The translations under genes were made by a program, and so were the position numbers. Shown piece after piece: positions 9,863 through 19,693 of a DNA stretch of 64,000 nt. The notes below the pieces were generated by a model, which saw only the letters and a program-made list of their open reading frames with translations, made no database searches and was not told the DNA's origin. Each line of letters opens with the position of its first letter. Position 1 is the first letter of the stretch. Source of the stretch: an uncultured Alphaproteobacteria bacterium (lineage in GTDB: Bacteria > Pseudomonadota > Alphaproteobacteria > ATCC43930 > CGMCC-115725); assembly GCA_963736715.1 (NCBI GenBank), contig CAVTQA010000027.1, forward strand, positions 127,979 through 191,978, given 5' to 3'.

Positions 9863-10597
9863 GTGATCGGCCACACGCTCCGTTGTCCCGCGCGGGGGTT
9901 CTGCGGTGCGATCCTATTTGTGTCGCTGATGCTCTGTCCCGCCGCCGTCGTGTCTGCGGAGCCGACGCAACACGCACCCGATACGATGGAGGCGCGCCTG
10001 CTCGCCTGCGCGCCCTGCCACGGCCGGCACGGCGAGGGGACGAGCAACGATTATTTTCCGCGTCTCGCCGGCAAGCCGGCGGGCTATCTGATGAACCAGC
10101 TGGTCGCTTTTCGCGACGGGCGGCGCCGCTACGCCCCAATGAACTACCTCCTCGAATACCTGCCAGATTCCTATCTCCAAAAAATAGCGGAGTATTTCGC
10201 ACCTTTGCGCCCGCCACCGTTGCCGCAAACGGTTGCTGATGTGAGCCCGGCTCTGTTGGCGCGCGGGCACTCGCTGGTGACCGAAGGCGATCAGGCCCAC
10301 GGCATTCCCGCGTGCTCAGGATGCCACGGCCCGAAGCTCACCGGGATGGAGCCGGCTATTCCCGGCCTCGTAGGGCTCCGTGCGAACTACATCAGCGCGC
10401 AACTCGGCGCCTTCCGCTATGGCACCCGCACTGCACCGGCACCGGATTGCATGCAGCTTGTCGCTGCGAGCCTGACAGAAAGCGATGTCACCGCCGTCGC
10501 CGCCTGGCTTGCCTCGCAGCCGATACCGCCCGACCCCTCACCTGTGCCGCAAGGCACGCTGACGATGCCGCTTGCCTGCGGCAGCGAACCGCACTGA
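9863..10597 (+). CDS. dihaem c-type cytochrome (c4-like), exported
   Basis: GTG start, signal-like N-terminus, two CxxCH sites (CAPCH, CSGCH). Confidence 0.8.
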   Translation: MIGHTLRCPARGFCGAILFVSLMLCPAAVVSAEPTQHAPDTMEARLLACAPCHGRHGEGTSNDYFPRLAGKPAGYLMNQLVAFRDGRRRYAPMNYLLEYLPDSYLQKIAEYFAPLRPPPLPQTVADVSPALLARGHSLVTEGDQAHGIPACSGCHGPKLTGMEPAIPGLVGLRANYISAQLGAFRYGTRTAPAPDCMQLVAASLTESDVTAVAAWLASQPIPPDPSPVPQGTLTMPLACGSEPH

Positions 10598-10610
10598 GAG
10601 GGAGAGCGAA

Positions 10611-11858
10611 GTGCGGATCGATCGGCTCTTCGCCCTGTCTGCCCTAGTGGTATTCGTGCTTCTGGCCGGCACCGCCGCGGTGCAAGCCGATGAACAAGCC
10701 CTCGTGACGAAGGGTGAATATTCCGCTCGCGCCGGCGATTGTATCGCCTGCCACACGAATCCAGGCGGCGCTCTGTTCGCCGGCGGCCGGCCGATGGCGA
10801 CGCCGTTCGGTACGATCTATTCCTCCAACATCACCCCCGATCGTGAAACCGGCATCGGCGCGTGGACCACGGACCAGTTTTACGGGACCATGCACACAGG
10901 CCGCTTTCCCGATGGTGGACTGATTTATCCGGTCATGCCCTTCGGCTCCTACACGAAGGTGACACGCGCGGATTCCGACGCGATCTTCGCCTATTTGCGC
11001 TCGGTGCCGCCCGTGCATCAGCCGAACCGGCCAAACGATCTACGTTTCCCATACAACAACCGCCAGCTGATCCTCGGCTGGCGCACGCTGTTCTTCAACG
11101 AAGGTGAGTACCAGCCGGACCCGAGCAAGTCGGCCGAATGGAACCGTGGGGCCTATCTCGTCGAAGGGTTGGGCCATTGCGCGATGTGCCACTCGCCGAT
11201 CAATGCGCTCGGCGGCAGCTCGGAATCAAAGGCGTTCGAAGGTGGGCTGATCCCGATGCAGAACTGGTACGCGCCTTCCCTCACCTCGAACAAGGAGGCC
11301 GGGCTCGGCGAGTGGAGCATCGAGGAGATTGTCGATCTGCTCCGCAATGGGGTGTCGCATCGCGGCGCCGTCTACGGCCCGATGGCAGAGGTCACGTTCA
11401 ACAGCCTGCAATATTTCACTGACGCCGACATTCGCGCTACGGCGATCTATCTCAAGAGTCTCGGCCAGGGCAGCCCGCTCGCGCCGGAGGGCTCGGCGAT
11501 TCCGGCCCCCGAGAGCAGCCTGTTGCTGAGTTTCGGCCAGACCGTCTACGAGACGCATTGCGCTAGCTGCCATGCCAACGACGGTCGCGGCATGCCGCCC
11601 GACTATCCGCCGCTTGCCGGCAATCCGTCGATCCAAATGGAATCCTCCGTGAACCCGGTCCGCATGGTCCTCAACGGCGGCTTCCCGCCCGGCACGAAAG
11701 GCAACCCGATGCCCTACGGCATGCCGCCCTTCGCGCAGACGCTCTCCGACGACGAGGTCGCCGCGGTCGTGACCTACATCCGCGGAGCTTGGGGCAATCG
11801 CGGCTCGGCGGTCTCGGCGCGCGAGGCCAACGAGCTGCGCGCGGCGCCTTTGGATTGA
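10611..11858 (+). CDS. trihaem c-type cytochrome (dehydrogenase cytochrome-c-subunit-like)
   Basis: ORF 10572..11858. GTG at 10611 follows GAGGGAGAG. N-terminal TM/signal, three CxxCH sites (CIACH, CAMCH, CASCH). Confidence 0.8.
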   Translation: MRIDRLFALSALVVFVLLAGTAAVQADEQALVTKGEYSARAGDCIACHTNPGGALFAGGRPMATPFGTIYSSNITPDRETGIGAWTTDQFYGTMHTGRFPDGGLIYPVMPFGSYTKVTRADSDAIFAYLRSVPPVHQPNRPNDLRFPYNNRQLILGWRTLFFNEGEYQPDPSKSAEWNRGAYLVEGLGHCAMCHSPINALGGSSESKAFEGGLIPMQNWYAPSLTSNKEAGLGEWSIEEIVDLLRNGVSHRGAVYGPMAEVTFNSLQYFTDADIRATAIYLKSLGQGSPLAPEGSAIPAPESSLLLSFGQTVYETHCASCHANDGRGMPPDYPPLAGNPSIQMESSVNPVRMVLNGGFPPGTKGNPMPYGMPPFAQTLSDDEVAAVVTYIRGAWGNRGSAVSAREANELRAAPLD

Positions 11859-11865
11859 TGCGGAC

Positions 11866-12054
11866 ATGATCAACGCCGAGCCAGCGACTGACGATCCTGT
11901 CGGCGCCGCCGAGCAAGAAGCGGCGGTGAACGCGATCTTGCGATCGGGTGCCAAGGGTGCAGTCGTGCTCGCCGGCCTCGCGACCGCTGTCGTCGTGGCC
12001 ATTTGGTTCGCGTTCTATCTGCTCGTCTTCATGCCGCGAGCGATCGGTCCGTGA
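11866..12054 (+). CDS. small single-TM protein, possibly an oxidase accessory subunit (IIa-like position)
   Basis: 62 aa with one hydrophobic helix (GAVVLAGLATAVVVAIWFAFYLLVF). Its stop overlaps the GTG of the next gene (GTGA at 12051-12054). The function is inferred from position only. Confidence 0.35.
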   Translation: MINAEPATDDPVGAAEQEAAVNAILRSGAKGAVVLAGLATAVVVAIWFAFYLLVFMPRAIGP

Positions 12055-12629
12055 CGGAGCCTCTGTTCTCGCCCCCTCCGCCTCATGACGAGGGCGCCGA
12101 ACGCGCCGAGCGCGTCGAGCACCGCTGGGCCGCGGTCTCGGTCGCTATCCTGGTGGTGCTCGTCGTAATGGCAACCTTCGCCGCGTTGCATCTGGCAGCC
12201 GTGCCGCAGAGTAGGGTCGAGACCGTCGACCCGAGGACCTTGCATCTCGACGGGGAATTCATCGAAAGCAATCTCGGCAGCGCGCTCGAGCCCGATGGGT
12301 CCGTCACCGTGCGCGCGATCGGGCAGCAATACTCCTTTACGCCGTCCTGCATCGTCGTGCCGACCGCTACGCCGGTCACGTTCCGCGCTACCAGCGCTGA
12401 CGTCGTGCACGGGTTCCTGATCACGGTACAAACATCAATCTGATGCTGGTGCCCGGCTATATCTCCAGCCTCAAGGCGCGCTTCGAGACGCCACGGCGAA
12501 CGCCTGATGCCTTGCCACGAATTTTGCAGCGTGGGCCATGAGGGCATGTGGGGCAGGATCAAAATCATCGACAAGGCCGCGTTCGCGCGTATGGCGGCGG
12601 ATCAGCGGAGGCTGAGCTGTGTGGAATAG
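12051..12629 (+). pseudogene. haem-copper oxidase subunit II (CuA cupredoxin, ba3-like) requiring two frameshifts
   Basis: TM helix WAAVSVAILVVLVVMATFAAL, then VVHGFLI. The conserved GTNINLMLVPGYISSLKARFETP is readable only in another frame (about 12425-12493). The CuA motif CHEFCSVGHEGM is back in the original frame. The original frame hits TGA at 12441-12443. Confidence 0.75.
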
Positions 12630-14246
12630 CCGGCGTCTGGTACTCGCCCATCTCTGGTTCGCCTTTGCCAGCTTTGGCGCTGCACTGCTGCTCGGCGAGT
12701 GGCAGATGTTCATTCGCAGCCCACTGCATGCCTGGATCAGCGATCCCGAGTGGTACTACCGCTCGGTCACGGCGCACGGCACCACGATGGCCTATGTCTT
12801 CCCGACGCTCGTCGCGATGGGGTTCGGCTATTTCGTTACCGAAGAGGCGCTCAAGCGTCCGCTGGTCGGCTTGCATTGGGCTTGGCTCGGATTGGCACTC
12901 GTCGCCATCGGCACCGTCACCGCGATTGTCCCGGTCGCGCTCGGGCGCGCCTCGGTGCTCTATACATTCTACCCGCCACTGATTGGCAACCCGTTCTACT
13001 ACATCGGCGTAGTCCTCGTGGTCGTCGGCTCGTGGGTCTGGGTCGCGCTGATGTCGATAAACATGTACCGCTGGAAGCTGGACAATCCCGGCGCGCCGGT
13101 GCCGTTCCCGATGTTCGCGACGGTCGCGGGCTCGTATCTCTGGGGCTGGACCGCGGTCGGAGCGGCTCTCGAATTGCTTGTTCCAGATCATCCCCGTGGC
13201 GCTCGGCTTGCGCAGCACGATCGACGCCGGGCTGGCGCGCGTCTTCTTCTCATGGACTTTGCACGCCATCGTTTATTTCTGGCTGATGCCGGCCTACATC
13301 GCCTATTATACGATCGTGCCGCGGGCGATCGGCGGCCGGCTGTTCAGCGATACGATGGGGCGGATCGCCTTCATTCTGTTTCTCGTCGTCGCGATGCCGA
13401 TCGGTATCCATCACGCGTTCGAGGATCCGCAGGTCGGCGCCGGCTTCAAATACATGCATTCTGTGTTTACCGCGCTCGTCGCGTTGCCGACCCTGCTGAC
13501 GGTGTTCACGATCTGCGCGTCCGTTGAGATCGCCGGGCGCTTGCGCGGCGGCAAAGGCGTGCTGGGGTGGCTGACGGCGCTGCCGTGGCGCAACCCCGTC
13601 ATGCTCGGGGCCGCCCTCTCGTTCGTCATGCTCGGCTTCGGAGGCGCCGGCGGGCTGATCAACATGAGCTATCAGCTCAACGCCACGGTCCATAATACCC
13701 AATGGATCACCGGCCATTTCCACCTGATCTTCGCCGGCGCGATCGTGATCATGTATTTCGTGATCGCCTACGACATCTGGCCGCATCTGACCGGACGCAT
13801 ATTGGACAGCTTCGGCTCTCATGCGGGCCCAGCTCTGGACGTGGTTCGTCGGCATGATCGTGTTGACCTTCCCGTGGCATTGGGTCGGCATTCTCGGCAT
13901 GCCGCGCCGGATGGCGTTCTACGATTACAGCGACCCGGCGATCGCCGCGCAGGCCGCATGGGTAACGATGTCCGTTATTGGCGGCGCTATCTTGCTGCTG
14001 TCGGGCGCGCTGTTCCTCGTCGTGCTGGCGCGCGGGCAGACGGCGCCGCGGACCGAGCCGGCGCCGTACCGCTTCAGCGTCGCCGTGCACCCGCCGCGCT
14101 CGTTGCCGGCCGCGCTGAACGGGTTTGGGCTCTGGCTCGGGCTGATGGTCGGCCTGACGATCGTGAATTACGGCTTTCCGATCGCGCATCTCCTCGCGAC
14201 CCCCGGCACGACGGTTCCGGCCATCAACGTCGGAATTCGGCAATGA
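12619..14246 (+). pseudogene. haem-copper oxidase subunit I (B-family/ba3-like) requiring two frameshifts
   Basis: The protein is readable only by joining three frames: 12619 to ~13177, ~13178 to ~13818, and ~13821 to 14246. Motifs: SWTLHAIVYFWLMPAY (CuB His / cross-link Tyr region), IHHAF, TGHFHLIFAG (haem ligands), GMPRRMAFY. Confidence 0.85.
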
Positions 14247-15034
14247 GCCGAGACAGGATTGCGTCCCTGCGCAATCCATGGTTCACCGCGAGCGTAGGGA
14301 TCACCGCGGCGGTCGCGATTGTCGCAGCTATTATCGGCTTCGCCTGGTTGCCCCTCCAACTACAAGGCGAGGGGTTTCGCGGGGTCTGGGATGCGATCTG
14401 TAGTGCCGCCGGGCTCGTTAGGAACGCACCTGGCGCCGCGCAAATCGTTCGCGCCGATTACCCGACGACCCGCGTCGAAGTCGTCCCGCAGATGCTGCGG
14501 GGCGCGAGTGCGGAATCGATCGGACGCGGCGCAACATTGGCTTTGCGCTGCACGATGTGCCATGGCGCCCGCGGCCTGAGCCAAGCCGATACTCCCAATC
14601 TTGCCGGGGAATACCCGGTGACGATCTACAAGGAGCTCGTCGATTTCAAAACGGGCGCGCGCGCCAGCGCGGTCATGGCCCCGCTCGTGGCCGATCTGAG
14701 CGACGCGGATATGCGCGATCTCGCTGCGTATTACGCCTATTTGCCGCGGCCGTCCGACCTTCGGCCCGGCATCGAGGTACCGCCCCGCATCGTCGCGAGC
14801 GGCGCGCCGATGCGCGGGATTGCTCCCTGCGGGGCCTGTCACGGCGAGGTCGGCAACAAGGCCGGCGCGGCGTGGCTCGAAGGACAGCCTGCGGTCTATC
14901 TGCGCACGCAACTTCTGGCCTTCGCATCCGGCGCACGACGCAACGACATCGGCGAACAGATGCGCAACGTCGCGCGTGGGATGACACCCGAGGAAATCAC
15001 TGCCGCAAGCCGGTTTTACGCAGACCGCCCATAG
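14243..15034 (+). CDS. membrane-anchored dihaem c-type cytochrome
   Basis: ATGA overlap with the subunit I stop (14243-14246). N-terminal TM (ITAAVAIVAAIIGFAWL), CTMCH and CGACH sites. It lies in the same frame as the misleading 618-aa ORF 13178..15034. Confidence 0.8.
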   Translation: MSRDRIASLRNPWFTASVGITAAVAIVAAIIGFAWLPLQLQGEGFRGVWDAICSAAGLVRNAPGAAQIVRADYPTTRVEVVPQMLRGASAESIGRGATLALRCTMCHGARGLSQADTPNLAGEYPVTIYKELVDFKTGARASAVMAPLVADLSDADMRDLAAYYAYLPRPSDLRPGIEVPPRIVASGAPMRGIAPCGACHGEVGNKAGAAWLEGQPAVYLRTQLLAFASGARRNDIGEQMRNVARGMTPEEITAASRFYADRP

Positions 15035-15050
15035 GCCCGGCGATTATGGG

Positions 15051-15776
15051 TCATCGGCGGCGGTCTGCGAGTTCGAGTGTTACGAGGCGGGCAACCGTAA
15101 TGGCGAGGTAGAATTGCCCGATGACCGCCTCCAAATTGGCCAGGCTGCGGGCGAATGGATCGACCGGAACGATGTCTCCGTAACCCGTGGTGGTCAGTGT
15201 GGTGAGGCTGAAATACAGCATGCTCGCGGCTTCCCTCGGACCCCCGACCGGAGCAACGAGATTGACGAACGCGTCGGGCCTCAGCTCCCAGATCAGGCCA
15301 TAGGCGGAGGCGAAGATCGTCGCGAGGTTCAGATAAAGGACGACCGCTCCTTGAAGACGGTGTGATGTAATCCGGCCAGGAGCATAGACCGCGTGCGCTA
15401 TGACCCAGGTCAGCGCGGAGAAGGCGATGATATCGCCGCCGCGGCGGAGCACCGTATCTGAAACCGGTGACCATTCGCCGCGCAATAATAAGCTAGCCGC
15501 TATGGCCGCCAGCCCCACAGGAATAAGGATAATGGCGCCTCGTCTCTGCGACAGCAGTACAACGATCACGAGAGCCGCAAGAACCAGCGTGTCAGCGACC
15601 ACCCGTGCTATCGGCAGCCCCTGCGCCGCCAGCGGCGCTGCGAGAAAGATCGTACACAGATCGAGGATTAGGAGCACCGTTAGGCTCGGATCTCTGACCC
15701 GATCCTGCCAAGCACGGATCGATTTCCGCGTGTTATCGGCTATAAGCGACAGGCACCGACAGTCATGCATGATCAT
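15051..15776 (-). CDS. potassium channel family protein
   Basis: 241 aa, several TM helices, K+ selectivity filter TLTTTGYGD. Confidence 0.8.
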   Translation of the reverse strand: MIMHDCRCLSLIADNTRKSIRAWQDRVRDPSLTVLLILDLCTIFLAAPLAAQGLPIARVVADTLVLAALVIVVLLSQRRGAIILIPVGLAAIAASLLLRGEWSPVSDTVLRRGGDIIAFSALTWVIAHAVYAPGRITSHRLQGAVVLYLNLATIFASAYGLIWELRPDAFVNLVAPVGGPREAASMLYFSLTTLTTTGYGDIVPVDPFARSLANLEAVIGQFYLAITVARLVTLELADRRR

Positions 15777-16001
15777 GGCTTTTTCGACACCGCGAAGCTG
15801 CGGTCTTCTGTTCTAGCTGTCACCAAACGATGACCGCAGTACCCCCTCCACCGCGCCGCCTGCCAAAGGCGACCGGCCCGCGACTGGATCCAGCGCCGCG
15901 GCGCGGCGGAGGTCGAGGCTAACCCTCGCGCCCGCGATAACTGCGGCCCTTCATTCGGTGGTCCCTTCAGGAGATCGGCTTTGCGCGTTTCACCAAAAGC
16001 A

Positions 16002-17525
16002 TCACTGGGGTGTCGGGGTGGCGAAATCCGTGCTTGACGTCAGCTGGCCCGTCGCGAAGGCAAGCGCCGCTGCGTTGACCAGCGACTGCGTGTGTGCTCG
16101 GGCCACTGCAGCGCGCGCCGTCGCGAGCCCCGTCTGCGCGGACGTGGCGTCGGTCAGTGTGCCGACGCCGTGCGCATAGGAATCGCTGGCGCTGTGGAAG
16201 GCAGCCTCGGATGCAGTCTGCAGGGCGATGGCGGCATCGTATTGCAGCAGCCCCGTATCGACCTGGTCGTACGCAAGCGCCACCTCGCGCAAAGCCTGGT
16301 CGGTGCGCTCCTGCAGCGCGGCCGCTGCCTCTTCGCGCTTCGACTGCGCGAGACTCAGCTTGTTCTGCAGCAATCCGCCTGTGTAGAGCGGCCATTCGAA
16401 CTTCAGCAACGCGGCGCCCTGCGGCTTGTTGACCGAGAAATAGGGCGAGTTGTCCACGTTGAGTCGGCCGAGATTGCCCTGCACGTTCGCGCCCAGCGAA
16501 ACTTTCGGGGCCAGAGCGGAGCGTGCGGCCGCGATTTCCGCATCCGTCGCGCGCAGCTTCGCCACGTCGGCGAGCAGGTCGGGCCGCCGGCGCAGCGCCT
16601 CGCCGAGCACGTCGTCGACGGTGCGAGCGGTGCGCGGCGGCAGCGGACGAGCGGACGCGTCCGCCACGCGCAGCTTCGTGGTCGGCGGCAAGTCCATCGC
16701 CGCGAGCAGCGTGTATATCGCGTCGTGCTGAGCGGTATTGGCCTGCGCGAAATCGTATTGTGCCTGCGCCGTCGCGCGCCGGGCCAACTGCACGTCGACG
16801 ATGGTGTCGAGGCCGCGGCCGAACAGCCCCTCGGCGGATTGCTGCACCACCTGCGCATCGGCCAAGCCTTGCCGCGCTGCGCGCACTGCGGCGTCGGCGC
16901 CGTCCAGCGTGAAGTATGCGCGCGCCACGTTGAAGATCAGCTGCTGATGCGCCGCCGTGAACGCCACGTTCCCGGCGATCGAAAGCTGACCCGCCGCTTC
17001 GACCGCGGCTGCGCGGCCGCCGAAATCGAGCAGCAGATAGTTTACGGCGAGTTGCGGAATTACTTCCTGAGCGTTGAAAATGATGAAGCCTTGGGGAACG
17101 AAATTGCTGGGGAACGGTGTTACGAAGTGCTCCCAGCCGGCGACCGCGCTCGCCGTCAGCGCCGGAAGATAAGCAGCGCGCGCGATGCCGACATTGATCG
17201 CCGCCTGCCGCGCCTGTTCCCAGGCGACGCGCGTCGACGGGTTGCGGCGCTGTGCGACATCGATCAGCTCGACGAGCGAATAGACATGGTTGGGATCGAT
17301 GTCGGCGGGGGACGGCAACTGGACTGCGGTGTTTTCCGGGACCGCGAATTGCCGGGCTCCGCCAGCGGCGGGCGCAGGGGCTGTCGGCGCTTCTTTGGAA
17401 GGCTCGAATTGCCACGGGGTGTCAGGCGAAGCCGGCGCGAGGTCGCGCGTGTCATTGCAGGCGCCGAGCAGCACGCATCCGGCCAGGGCAATGCGTCGGA
17501 ACCTAGCCGGTAGCATGGAATGCAT
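16002..17525 (-). CDS. efflux outer-membrane lipoprotein, NodT/OMF family
   Basis: 507 aa, lipobox LLGAC, two OEP repeats. First gene encountered from the 3' side of the efflux operon. Confidence 0.9.
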   Translation of the reverse strand: MHSMLPARFRRIALAGCVLLGACNDTRDLAPASPDTPWQFEPSKEAPTAPAPAAGGARQFAVPENTAVQLPSPADIDPNHVYSLVELIDVAQRRNPSTRVAWEQARQAAINVGIARAAYLPALTASAVAGWEHFVTPFPSNFVPQGFIIFNAQEVIPQLAVNYLLLDFGGRAAAVEAAGQLSIAGNVAFTAAHQQLIFNVARAYFTLDGADAAVRAARQGLADAQVVQQSAEGLFGRGLDTIVDVQLARRATAQAQYDFAQANTAQHDAIYTLLAAMDLPPTTKLRVADASARPLPPRTARTVDDVLGEALRRRPDLLADVAKLRATDAEIAAARSALAPKVSLGANVQGNLGRLNVDNSPYFSVNKPQGAALLKFEWPLYTGGLLQNKLSLAQSKREEAAAALQERTDQALREVALAYDQVDTGLLQYDAAIALQTASEAAFHSASDSYAHGVGTLTDATSAQTGLATARAAVARAHTQSLVNAAALAFATGQLTSSTDFATPTPQ

Positions 17526-18333
17526 TTCCGACCGACAGCGCGATCGCCGGCTGCGGTTGCGGACCGATCTCGTCGAGAATTTTGCGGATGTCCTGGTGCA
17601 GCACGTCGTACCATGTTGCGAGCGCCGTGAGGTGATCGCCCGGGCCGGATAGGGCCGGCGGTTCCGGTAGGCCGCCTACCACCTCGCCCGCTCCCTCGCC
17701 GCTGTGCGTCCATGACGCTGCCTGCCGGAACCACGCTGCCAGCGCCTGGTGATGCGCGCGAATCGCGTCGTGCGTTGGCTGCAGGAGGTCGTGCCCGGCC
17801 GGGTCCATGCGCAGGTCGAGGATCGCCGAGACGGAGATGAACAGCCTACCGACCTCCTCCACGATAGCGGCGTCAATCGGCCGCCTTCCGACGGCGCGCC
17901 GCACTTCGCTCGTTTCGAACGGATCCTTGACCAGGACCGCGCGAGCCTGCGCGATAGCCTGCCCGAACGCCATCTCAGCCGCGGACCGAGCGGCCGGCGA
18001 CGCCTCGCGATCGGGGCGGGCACCCAATCCCACCAGCACCGCCAGTTGCTCCAATGCGTTGGCGAGGTTCGTGCGCACGACATTGGCCACGCTCACCGGC
18101 CAAATGGTCGTGAATATTACGAAGATCACGATATTGCCGAAGAGGATGCCGATGGTGCGGTCCCGCGCCGTATACATGTCGATCGTCGGGCCATAGCCCT
18201 GCAGCACGACAAGATAGAAGGCGAGGCTGATCTGCAGGCCGGCATAGGCGATGCGCTCGCTGCCGCTGGCGATCCAGGCGGCGAGCAAGGTCACCGGCGC
18301 CAGCAGCAGGAGCAGGTCGCCAAGATCGGTCAT
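17503..18333 (-). CDS. FUSC/AaeB-family efflux protein, C-terminal portion
   Basis: 276 aa with an N-terminal hydrophobic block then a soluble domain. The ATG lies 1 nt after the stop of the upstream FUSC ORF (CGC TGA C ATG). Confidence 0.65.
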   Translation of the reverse strand: MTDLGDLLLLLAPVTLLAAWIASGSERIAYAGLQISLAFYLVVLQGYGPTIDMYTARDRTIGILFGNIVIFVIFTTIWPVSVANVVRTNLANALEQLAVLVGLGARPDREASPAARSAAEMAFGQAIAQARAVLVKDPFETSEVRRAVGRRPIDAAIVEEVGRLFISVSAILDLRMDPAGHDLLQPTHDAIRAHHQALAAWFRQAASWTHSGEGAGEVVGGLPEPPALSGPGDHLTALATWYDVLHQDIRKILDEIGPQPQPAIALSVGNAFHATG

Positions 18334-18334
18334 G

Positions 18335-19693
18335 TCAGCGCATCAGCAGCAGGATCGCGCCGAGGCCGAGCCCGGCGCCGATCAGACAGCCGATGAAGCG
18401 CAGCGTCGCCTTGTGGATCGTCTCGCCGACGGTGCCGAGGGCGACGAAGAAGCAGGTAATGACGCAGGTGTGGATGCCCGGCCAGTCAGCCAGGTTCATG
18501 GCGAAATAGCAGATCATCACCGCCAGCGTGACCTTGAGCGCGAAACGGGCGTATTCCGGGTTGGTGAACGCATCCGCCGCCAGCAGCCGTTGCGGTGCCT
18601 TCGCCGCGCCATGCGCTTCCTGCCCTGCCGCCGTTCCCGCCAATGTCTCCTCGATCGCTCGCAGCGTGCGCGAGATCCGGTCTGCCACCGGTTGGGCGGC
18701 GCCGGTCGCGGTGATGGTGACCGGTTCGGGGCTCGGGGCCGCTCGGTCCTGCAGCGCGCGTTCCGCCACACGACAGGCGACCGCCGCCGGGAGCAGCGGC
18801 TTGCGCACGTCGCCCGCGACGCGGAACCAGGCGAGCAGCAGGAGGCCGAGCCGGCCGATCTCGTCGATCAGCGACACGCCCCAGACGAGGCGCGGCCGGC
18901 CGCGGTGCAGCAGTCCGGCGAGATGGTGCAGCTTGTGCAGCTGTGCCGTGCCCTCGAAGGCTTGGGCTTCGAGCCGGCGTTCCGCTCCGCTCTCGCCGGC
19001 GCAAAAGCGTGCTGCCGTTGCCAGTCGCTCGGCCAGCGCCTGGTACAGCAGGCGCGCCGGGTCGCGCCCGGTCAGCAGGTTGGCGACGATCAGCAGTACG
19101 ACGGGGAGGGCAACGGCCAGGCTCAGCCAGAGGAGAAAACGCAACAGCGCTTCTTCCGGCGGGACGAAGACGATCTCCGGCAACGCGAACTGCTCCGCAT
19201 TGCCCGCGGTTGCCGGCTGCAGCGCGAGGCCGAGCACCTGGTCGCCCAAGGTCAGACCGTAGGCAATGATGAAACCGGCGACGAAGAACACCGGTCCCGG
19301 CGTCGCGGTCCGCGAAAGAAACATCGCGACGAAGGTCATTGCCGCCATCAGCGGAATCCGCAGCGCCGGCTCCGACAGGCTGAGCATGAAGACCGCGATC
19401 GTCACGAAAATCGCCAGGACGACGGCGGTGCCTGCGAGCAGCGCCGTCAGGATCGTCGAGACCGCCTCGCGACCCGATAGGAACAGAACAATATAGCCCG
19501 AGAGGGCAATTTCGGAGATGCGAAACGTTTCCGCTATCGCGACGAGGGCGAGGAGCACGACGACAATGCGCAGGCAGTCGCCGAGCCGGCCGGGGGTCGG
19601 ACGCAGCTCGCGGCGCAGCAATGCAACGAGGTCGCGCGCATCGCCTTCGTCCACCTCCGGCGCCGGGCCGCGACGTGCGGCATGCGCGTTCAT
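18335..19693 (-). CDS. FUSC/AaeB-family efflux protein, N-terminal portion
   Basis: 452 aa with multiple TM segments at both ends and a soluble middle. Typical fusaric-acid-resistance topology, but it ends inside the second TM block. Confidence 0.75.
   Translation of the reverse strand: MNAHAARRGPAPEVDEGDARDLVALLRRELRPTPGRLGDCLRIVVVLLALVAIAETFRISEIALSGYIVLFLSGREAVSTILTALLAGTAVVLAIFVTIAVFMLSLSEPALRIPLMAAMTFVAMFLSRTATPGPVFFVAGFIIAYGLTLGDQVLGLALQPATAGNAEQFALPEIVFVPPEEALLRFLLWLSLAVALPVVLLIVANLLTGRDPARLLYQALAERLATAARFCAGESGAERRLEAQAFEGTAQLHKLHHLAGLLHRGRPRLVWGVSLIDEIGRLGLLLLAWFRVAGDVRKPLLPAAVACRVAERALQDRAAPSPEPVTITATGAAQPVADRISRTLRAIEETLAGTAAGQEAHGAAKAPQRLLAADAFTNPEYARFALKVTLAVMICYFAMNLADWPGIHTCVITCFFVALGTVGETIHKATLRFIGCLIGAGLGLGAILLLMR

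Noticed and set aside
12420-12495. Programmed ribosomal frameshifting in oxidase subunit II
   Set aside because: I saw no slippery heptamer or stimulatory structure at either shift site. Similar paired lesions occur in SulP, so mutation or error is more parsimonious.
13178-15034. 618-aa ORF that looks like one large gene
   Set aside because: It is a composite. The first ~210 codons are the middle of oxidase subunit I. The next ~140 codons are out-of-frame read-through, Arg/Pro/Ala-rich. The last 263 codons are the separate membrane-anchored dihaem cytochrome c starting at ATG 14243.
15967-17513. 482-aa (-) and 473-aa (+) ORFs overlapping the OMF gene
   Set aside because: These are alternative frames or the opposite strand of a gene with a clear lipobox and OMF repeats. 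The products are Arg-rich, low-complexity artefacts.
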